This document shows, piece after piece, positions 18,501 to 28,011 of a stretch of DNA of 64,000 nt; position 1 is the stretch's first letter, and every line of letters begins with the position of its first letter. A program made the translations under genes and the position numbers. The stretch covers positions 4,128,001-4,192,000 of the forward strand of contig OZ254086.1 in assembly GCA_965267575.1 (NCBI GenBank), given 5' to 3'. Source of the stretch: Calditrichales bacterium (GTDB lineage: Bacteria > Calditrichota > Calditrichia > Calditrichales > J004). Under the pieces are notes generated by a model. That model saw nothing but the letters and a program-made list of their open reading frames with translations, searched no databases and had not been told where the DNA came from.

Positions 18501-21473
18501 CGCGCCGGCGGTGTCTACGTGCCGCTGGATCCTCAGCACCCGCAGGAACGCAGCGATTTTATGCTGGAAGACTCAGCTGCCCGTTTTATAATCTGCCAGG
18601 AGGCCTACAAACAAAAATTTGCTGCTTCAGGTATTGAAACAATCTCGTTTAAGCTGGAAGAGAATTCTTTTGCTACTATGCCGGACAGCTATCCGGATGC
18701 GCTGCGTGATCCCGACCAGCTGGCCTATATGATTTATACATCCGGTTCCACCGGCAAACCCAAGGGCACGCTGCTGCCCCATCGCGGCTTTCTAAACAGG
18801 CTGCAATGGATGCAGCAGGCTTATCCGCTCGGCAAGGAAGATGTCGTACTTCAGAAAACGCCCTTCAGCTTCGACGTGTCGGTGTGGGAATTTTTCTGGC
18901 CCTTTATGTATGGCGCCACGCTGGTTGTAGCCCGGCCCGAAGGTCACAAGGACACCGATTACCTGTGCGATATTATCCGTGAGCATAAGGTGACGACGAT
19001 GCACTTCGTCCCGCCGATGCTGAAAGTGTTTCTGGAAAATGTGCGGGCCGGCGAATGCAGCACCCTCAGGGATGTCATCTGTTCAGGCGAGGCGCTGCCT
19101 TACAGCCTTAGCCAGGCTTTTTACGAGACGTTGCCCACGGCCCGGTTGCACAATCTTTACGGCCCGACCGAAGCTTCCATTGATGTTAGCCATTACAGCT
19201 GTCCGCAAAGCCGCGAAGATGAAAAACTGCCCATCGGCCGACCCATCGCCAATACAACGCTTTACATTTTAAACGATCGCCTGAATCCGGTACCGGCGGG
19301 CGTTGCCGGTGAATTGCACATCGGCGGCTTGCAGCTGGCCCGCGGCTACGCCAATCGCCCTGCCCTTACCGCGGAAAAATTCATGCCCGATCCCTTTGCG
19401 GGGAAAAAGGGCGCCCGACTTTACAAAACCGGTGATCTGTGCCGTTACCTGGCCAATGGCGAGATCGAGTATATCGGACGCATAGACCACCAGGTAAAGG
19501 TGCGTGGTTTCCGCGTGGAGCTTGGCGAGATCGAATCGGCGCTTTCCCGGCATCCTTCCGTCGAAACATCAGTTGTCCTGGTGCGCGCCCTTGCCGGACA
19601 GGAAAACGCCTTATGCGCCTATGTTGTCAGCAATGATGAAAAGCCATCCCAGGCGGATTTACGCGATTTTCTGAAAAAACAATTGCCTGATTACATGATC
19701 CCGGCTGTTTGGATATTTATCGAAAAGATACCGTTGACCGCCAACGGTAAAGTGGACCGCCGTGCCCTGCCCGATCCGGAAAGCCTGGGACGTGACCGCC
19801 TTGAGACAAAATACGTTGCGCCCCGCAATGATAAAGAGCGTCTGCTGGCCGAAGTCTGGCAGGATATACTAAAGCTGAAAAAGGTCGGCATTAAGGACAA
19901 TTTCTTTGAACTGGGCGGCGACTCAATCGTCGGTATTCAGCTCATTTCAGCCGCCGCAAGGAATGGACTGTCATTTACGCCCAAAGAGCTGTTTGAGTAT
20001 CCCACGATTGAGGGTCTGGCCGCGGTAGCCCGCGAAGGCGTGGCCATACAGGCACAGCAGGAGACGCTGAGCGGCGAAGTGGCATTAACGCCTATCATGC
20101 GCTGGTTTGACGATCTTCCACTTAAGCAGCGTGACCATTGGAACCAGTCGCTGATGCTGAAGAGTACGACGCCGCTCAACCCGGCTTTCCTTGAAAAAGT
20201 GGCGATGGCGCTTTTTACCCATCATGATATGCTGCGTTTACGCTGGAAAAAAGACGGCGCTGAAATCACGAAGCCAACAGATAGCGCTATTTTCAAGTCT
20301 CATGATCTGAGAGAACTGGCTGCGGCAAAACAGCCTGCGGCCCTGAAAGAAAAAGTAGCAGACGCACAAAAAGGCCACAGCCTGGAAAAAGGCCATGTTT
20401 TCAGCATGCATTATTTTATGCTGGATGCCAGCCATGGCGACCGGCTTTTTATCACCGTACATCACGCGGCAATAGATGTGGTTTCCTGGCGCATCATCAT
20501 GGAAGATCTGCAGCTGGCTTACACGCAACTGGCCGAACAAAAAGAGATAAAGCTTCCGGCCAAGACGACATCTTTCCCCTATTGGTCACAGAGACTTCAG
20601 CGCCACGCACGGGAAAAAGAGTGGCAGGAAGAACTTAACTCCTGGCGCAAGCTGCTGGGAGACAGCCCGGCTGTTTTTGAAGCGGACAATCCCGGCGGTG
20701 AAAACATTCAGAAAAACGTTAAAAAGATTGAACTGACCCTGGATAAGGATGAAACAGCACAATTAACACGCGATGTGCCGGAGACATACAACACGAATGT
20801 ACAGGACAATCTGCTGGCCGCCTTGTTTGCGGGCTGGTCTGAAACAAGCGGACACGACAGCCTTCTGATTGATATGGAAGGTCACGGCCGCGAGGCGCTT
20901 TTTGAAGAAGTTGACCTGGGCCGAACAGTGGGCTGGTTTACGACGCTCTATCCGGTAAATCTCACAGCCACGCGCAACGACACGGGTGAAATGATAAAGG
21001 CAATCAAAGAAAATATGCGCGCCATACCTGACAACGGCATCGGCTGGGGGTTGATGCGTTATTTTGCACCGCAGAATATCCGCGACCAGATTGCCGACCT
21101 GCCCGCGGCAACCGTGCTGTTCAACTACCTTGGTCAATTCGATCAGGATGAAGCGCAGAAGCGCCAGTTTGAATCGCGGCCCGATGAAACGGGGGCCGAA
21201 ACCGGAGAGGAAAACAGGCGCACACATAACCTGGAGATAACCGCGCACATTCTGCAAGGCCGGCTTTCATTTACTTTTTACTATTGCCCGGATGTTGTGG
21301 ATGCGGGCCGGGTCGAGAAACTGGCCGGCGGCACCATCAACGGCCTGCGAGAAATCATCAAACACAGCCTGAGCGCGGAAGCAGGCGGCTATACACCATC
21401 CGATTTTAAGGAAGCCGGTCTCGACCAGGAAGATCTCGATGACGTCTTGTCCGAGCTGGATGACCTTGATTAA
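12564..21473 (+). CDS. NRPS C-A(Val)-PCP-sulfotransferase-C-A(Ser)-PCP-E
   Basis: Two C domains (HHIISDG, HHIITDG). A codes DALWLGGTF(K) and DVWHISLID(K). PCPs LGGNSL and LGGDSI. ST motif [17 protein letters not shown]. E domain: [23 protein letters not shown]. C-terminal TPSDF COM tail. Confidence 0.96.
   Translation: [2969 protein letters not shown]
15996..16850 (+). other. Embedded CurM/OLS-type PAPS-dependent sulfotransferase domain (approximate bounds)
   Basis: [58 protein letters not shown] and PYQGQRMT match the curacin CurM ST domain motifs as recalled. Confidence 0.9.
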
Positions 21474-21519
21474 GGAACATTATTATTAATTTTAAAAAAA
21501 GCTATCAACGAAATCATAT

Positions 21520-24500
21520 ATGAGCACAAAAGCAGCAGCAAGAAAAAACGTAGAGGACATTTATCCGCTTTCGCCGATGCAGCAGGGCATGCTGTTTCAT
21601 TCCATTCTGGAGCCGGATTCGGCGACCTATCATGAGCAGCTTTACTTTGTCCTGAATGGCGAGCTGGACCAATCGGCCTTTAAAAAGGCGCTGAACGCTC
21701 TTGTGGATCGTCACCCGGTTTTGCGTACGGCCATGGTTTACAAAAAACGCGACAAAATGCTGCAGGTTGTGCATCGCGAACTGAAATTTCCGCTGCATGC
21801 GCTGGATTGGCGTGACAAGAGCGAAAGCGATCGCCGCACTGCATTTAAACAGCTTTTGCAAAGCGACCGGCAGGAAGGATTCAATCTTTCCAAAGCGCCG
21901 CTGGCCCGGATGACCTTGATACGATACGACGAAGACAGATGGCAGGTATTGTGGAGCAACCACCACGTGATTCTGGACGGCTGGTCCAACCCGATCCTGA
22001 TGGCCGAATTGTTTGCGCTGTATGAAGCTCAGCGCACAGACGCCGATTTTGCCCTGCCGCCGGCGCGACCCTACCGCGAATATATTGCCTGGCTCAACAA
22101 GCAGGAACCGCAAAAAGCCGCTTCCTTCTGGAAGAATACGCTGCAGGACTTTGCTGAACCGACCTCCGTGCCCGCGGACTCACCCGCAGGCAAAGCCGGC
22201 GAAGGTGAACAGGCATGCGACACGGTTGAGATAAAACTGAACCCCGATATAAACAAAAAACTCAAGACGCTGGCACAGCAAAATCACCTGACCATTAATA
22301 CCCTGGTGCAGGGAGCGTGGGCGTTGCTGCTGGCGCAATACAGCCGTAGCAATGATGTGGTTTTCGGGGCCACGGTTTCAGGACGTCCGCCGGAAATCCC
22401 CGGTGTTGAAAGCATGGTTGGCCTGTTTATAAACACGCTGCCGTTACGCGTTAAGATATCACCCAAGGAAAAGGTTGCTTCGTGGCTTAAGAGAATTCAG
22501 CAGCAATCTGTGGCCATACGCGATTTTGAATACAGCTCATTGGCCGACGTGCAGCGTCAAAGCGGTATTGACGCCGGGCAGGCTTTGTTTGATTCCATTG
22601 TAGTCTTTGAGAATTTCCCTGTTGACCAATCGCTGAAAGAGGCCAAAACAAGCATCCGCATTTCCGATTTTGATTCTTACGAGCAAACCAATTTTCCGCT
22701 GGTGCTGGTAGCGTCTTCTCAGGATGAGACGCTGCTGGAACTGACCTATCGCCGTGATATGTATCGTCAATCCGGGGCGCGGCGAATTCTGGAGCAGGTA
22801 AACACACTGCTTGAAAAATTCGCTGATAACCCTGGAGCCCGGCTCGCGGAAATTAACCTTCTGCGTGATGCAGAACGTTCACTTCTACTGGAAGAATACA
22901 ATGCCACCCGGCCTGCTCACCCGCTGGCCCAAAAGGATGCCAAAACTCTTATTGAAAATGCCGCACAAAAATACGCCGAAGAAACCGCGGTCATTTTTGA
23001 TGGCGGTTCGCAAAAACTTAGCTATGACCAACTGAACCGTCAGGCCAACCGTCTGGCGCATTTTCTCATCCAGAACGGCGTTGGGCCGGAAAGCCGCGTG
23101 GGCCTTATACTGCGGCGCGGGCCACAGATGATCAGCACCATCTGGGCCGTGATAAAATCGGGCGCCGCGTATGTGCCGCTGGATGCCGGCTATCCCGCGG
23201 AGCGCCTGCACTACATCGCCGGGGATGCCGGCATGACGATGCTGCTGCGTGATAACAGCGAAGACACGTCCATCCTTGATAAGGCAATCGCGCAAATTAT
23301 TGATGTGACCAGCCTTGCCATGGAAGATCTGCCAGAAACTAACCCGCAAATTTCGATATTACCGCAACAGCTTGTCTATATGATCTATACTTCCGGCTCA
23401 ACGGGGCGGCCCAAAGGCACGCTTATAACCCACGGCGGATTGCTGCATTACCTGAGCTGGACAAAACAGGCTTACCCGCTTGATCAGGGCTGCGGCTCGC
23501 TGCTGCATTCCACGATCTCTTTTGATGCCACGGTGACCGCCCTGTTTGCACCGTTGCTGACGGGAAAAGCTATTACGCTGGCCGACCATGGCGATGACCT
23601 TGAGGCTTTGTCCAAAGCTTTGCTGCGCCAAAAAGATTTTAGTTTGGTGAAGATCACCCCGGCGCACATGGAAATGCTCAGTCATCAGATTCCCGCGGAC
23701 AAGGCGGCAGGCCTCAGCAAAGCGTTTGTGATCGGCGGTGAAAATCTTACGGCCCGGCAGATAGAATTCTGGCAAAAATACGCGCCGGGCATGCATCTAT
23801 TTAATGAATACGGGCCGACCGAAACCGTGGTTGGCTGCGTGGTTTATGATGCCGCCAGATGGCAGGGGCGCGGTTCGGTACCTATTGGCCGAGCTATCCC
23901 TAACAGCCCGGTATACGTTTTGGATGAACAGCTGCAGCCGGTGGCGCATGGTGTCCCGGGAGAACTTTATATTTCCGGTAATGGCGTTGCCCGGGGTTAT
24001 CACCGGCGCCCGGCTCTTACTGCCGAACGCTTTCTACCCGACCCGTTCTCCAAAAGCGCGGGCGCAAGAATTTACCGCAGCGGCGACCTGGTGCGCTGGC
24101 AGGATGACGGTCAGCTGATTTTTCTGGGCCGAATAGACGATCAGGTCAAAATCAGGGGATACAGGATTGAAACCGGTGAGATCGAATCGATTCTCGGTGA
24201 AATGGAAGGTATTGAAACGTGCGCTGTGGTTGCCAGGACCAACAAAGCCGGTGACGCCTACCTGGCCGCCTATTATATCTCCCGCAATGACAAACAAGAA
24301 CAAACGCTGCGTGATGAACTGAAAAAGGCATTGCCCGATTACATGATCCCTGCTGTTTTTGTCAGCATAGATGCCATTCCGCTGACCGCCAACGGTAAAG
24401 TAGACCGCCGTGCGTTACCGCTCCCGCAGATGGAGGGAAAAACAAAAGCTTATGTGGCACCGCGCAACGCCGCGGAAGAGCTGCTGGCTACCATCTGGCA

Positions 24501-27500
24501 GGAAATACTGGGCATCGGTCGCATCGGAATACATGATAATTTCTTTGAGCTTGGCGGACACTCGCTGACAGCGACGCGCCTGATCTCGCGTATCCGGCAA
24601 TCGTTTGAAGTGGAACTGCCGCTGAAAGATGTATTTGATGCATCGACGATCGCGCAGCTCGCCGAAATAGTTGAACGTTTGCGCAGCAGCGGGAAATCAA
24701 CACTGCCGCCCATTGAGCCTATCAGTCGGGAAGGCGATATTCCGGTCTCGCTGCCGCAGCAGAGATTGTGGTTTATCGATCAGTTTTCACCCGGCAATTT
24801 TGCTTATAACATACCATTTGCCGTAAAAATCGACGGTGAGCTGGACAAGGAGGTCCTGGAAGAGTCTTTTCAACGGGTAATTCAAAGGCATGAAATTTTG
24901 CGCACACGTTTTGTTAACCGCAAAGGTGAACCTTTCCAGGAGATTGAAGATAATCTCGATATTAACCTCTCGCTGAAAGACCTTTCGGAAAACCAGCCTG
25001 ACAAGCGCGATGAGCTGGTGAAGAATATTTTGCGCGAAGACGCGCGACACACGTTTTCGCTTGAACAACTCCCTTTGTTCAAAGTGCGATTGATCCGCCT
25101 GGAGAAAAATGCTCACATTCTGAGTGCCGTCATGCACCATATTATCAGCGACGGCTGGTCTATGAACGTACTGGTGCACGAATTAATGGCGCAGTACAGC
25201 GCAATAAAAAAAGAAGAATCAGCGCGGTTGCCAGCCCTGCCCATCCAGTATGCCGATTATGCGGCCTGGCAGCGCAGCCGGCTTCAGGGCGAAGTTCTTG
25301 AAAAGCAGCTGGATTATTGGAAAGCTCATATCGGTCTCAATCCCCCGGTTCTGGAATTGCAGGCAGATTATCCGCGGCCGGCCGTACAAACCTTCAACGG
25401 CCGTAACGTTGATTTTGAACTTGACGCAACATTAACGAACGCCATCAATGCCTATTGCCGCAAAGAGGGCGTCACGCTGTTTATGCTGTTGCTGGCGGCC
25501 TGGCAATCCCTGCTGCGGCGATACAGCGGTCAGGAGCAAGTGCTGGTCGGTTCTCCGGTATCCGGCAGGCAACACGGGCAAACCGAAGAGTTAATCGGCT
25601 TTTTTGTGAACACGATATTACTTAGGGCAGATTTTTCCGAAAAACCTGTTTTTAAGCAATTACTGCGGCAGGTGCGCGATAATGTGCTGAATGCATACGC
25701 CCACCAGGATATACCGTTTGAACAGCTTGTTGATCTGCTGCAGCCGGAGCGTGATATGGCCCATCCGCCACTGTTCCAGGCTGCTTTCATTTTACAAAAC
25801 CGGCCGCAGGCCCTTGCCGAAACAGCCGGGCTGACGTTTTCGCCGGTTGAACCGGACAGCGCCGTGGCCAAGGTTGACATCAGTCTCTATTGCGCGGAAA
25901 GCGACGATCGTATTCTGGCCCGGCTGGAATACAATGCCGACATTTTCAGGGCTGAGACAATCGAGCGAATGCGCGATCACTTGCTTAATTTCCTGCGCTC
26001 AGCCCTGCAAAAACCTGACCTGCCGGTAAGCCGAATCAACATGCTGCCGGACGATGAGCGGCGCCTGTTGCTGCAAGAATGGAATGACACGCAAAGCGCT
26101 TTTGATGCCGGACAGACCGTGCCGGGACGTTTTGAGCAGTGGGTGGAAAAACAGCCTCAGCACCCCGCCCTTTCATTTAAAGGGGTCGATCGTTCTTACG
26201 CCGAAGTGAACGGAAATGCCAATCGCCTGGCCCATTATCTGCGGGAAGCGGGCGTCGGGCCCGAAAGCATCGTCGGCATTTGCATGGAACGCTCCTTTGA
26301 GATGGTCGAAGCAATGCTGGCCATTCTCAAGGCCGGTGGCGCGTACCTGCCGCTGGACCCGGGTTACCCCGATGAGCGCCTGCACTATATGATCGAAGAC
26401 TCGGGCGCGCAGGCGGTCGTCACGCAAAACGAACTTGCGGGGCGGCTGGAAAAGAGCGGATGCAAAATAGTGATAGCCGACTCTTCACAGATGCATTCTT
26501 ATAGCAAAGATAACCCGGAGCGTCTGAACGGGCCGTACAACCTGGCTTACCTGATCTACACCAGCGGCTCCACAGGCAAGCCCAAGGGCACCATGCTGGC
26601 ACAGCGCGGGGCCATCAACCTGGCCGGTGAGCAGAAAAAAGCATTTTCGATCGAACCGCATTCGCGTATCCTGCAATTTGCCTCACTCAGTTTTGACGCG
26701 GCCACCTGGGAAATGCTGATGGCCCTGATGAACTGCGCCACGCTGCACCTGGTGGAACGCGATGTGCTGGCCTCAGGTGATCAATTAGTGAATACCCTCG
26801 CCGACCAGAAGATCACAACGATCACGCTGCCGCCCTCCGTATTGGCGGTGTGGCCGGAAGATGCCCGGTTACCCGACTTAAAAACGATCATTACCGCCGG
26901 TGAAAAATGTCCCGCCGAGCTGGTCAAAAGGTGGCAGCCCGGCCGCCAGTTTGTCAACGCCTACGGACCGACTGAAACAACCGTTTGCGCGTCGATCTAC
27001 GAAACCTCGGCGCAGGAAGAAAACGATCCGCCGATTGGTAAAAACCTTGGCAATTTTGAGCTGTACGTGCTGGACGGCAACCTGGAACTTTTGCCTATCG
27101 GCGTACCGGGTGAATTATGTGTTGGCGGCGTCGGCCTGGCCCGCGGTTACCTCAAACGCCCTGCGCTGACTGCGGAGAAATTCATTCCGCATCCTTTTAG
27201 CAAGAACCACGGTGAACGGCTTTACCGCACGGGCGACCTGGTGCGGCGCCTGGCCGACGGCAATATCGAATTTCTGGGGCGCATCGACCAGCAGGTGAAG
27301 CTGCGCGGTTTCCGCATTGAGCTGGGCGAAATTGAAAACGCCATCCGCGACAAGCTACCGCAGACAAAAGATGTGCTTGTGATGGTGCGCGGCGAAAAAG
27401 AAAGCGAGAAAAAGCTTACGGCCTACATCGTTGCCGGGAATGAACTGGACGTGCCCGCCCTGCGATCGGACCTTGGGAAGGTTTTGCCGGATTATATGAT

Positions 27501-28011
27501 ACCGGCGGCATTTATGCAGCTTGATAAAATGCCGCTTACACCCAACGGCAAAATCGACCGTAAAGCGTTGCCCGAACCGGGACATGACCGCAGCCAGCTT
27601 AGCCATGAATATGTTGCACCGCGCAATGAGCATGAAAAGACCGTAGCGGCAATCATCGGCGAACTGCTGAATATTGAGCTTGTTGGAGTTCACGACAACT
27701 TTTTCGAGCTGGGCGGCCATTCGCTGTTGGCGACAAAATTTGTCTCACGCGCGCGGGACGAGCTCAGTGTGGAACTGCCTTTGCGTGCGCTGTTTGAAAA
27801 CCCCACCGTGGAGGGAGTAGCCCTGGCCCTGGCCGGACCGGAAGTCCGGCGCGTGGACGAAGACGAGCCTGAAATTGAGGCAGCCGAGCGCGGCGATGAA
27901 GATCTCTCGGCACTGCTTGGCGAACTGGAGGGGCTTTCCGAGGAAGAAGTACGCGCACTGTTGGATGAAGAAGATGAAAACAAGGAAGGAGACGACAAGA
28001 TCAATGGCTGA
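21520..28011 (+). CDS. NRPS C(DCL)-A(Asn)-PCP-C-A(Phe)-PCP
   Basis: [15 protein letters not shown] and HHVILDGWS (DCL-type, follows an E domain). A codes DATKVGEVG(K) and DAWTIAAVC(K). Two LGGHSL PCPs. Confidence 0.96.
   Translation: [2163 protein letters not shown]

Noticed and set aside
21520..22850. Dual epimerisation/condensation domains at the start of genes 5 and 7
   Set aside because: N-terminal motifs are GMLFHSI and GMLFHTL, lacking the extra HH(I/L) motif, and both follow true E domains, so DCL fits better.
27875..28003. ORF-track N-terminal extension of the sixth synthetase
   Set aside because: It overlaps the previous gene by 137 nt. ATG 28004 has an RBS-like motif and begins a docking helix like those of paralogous genes.
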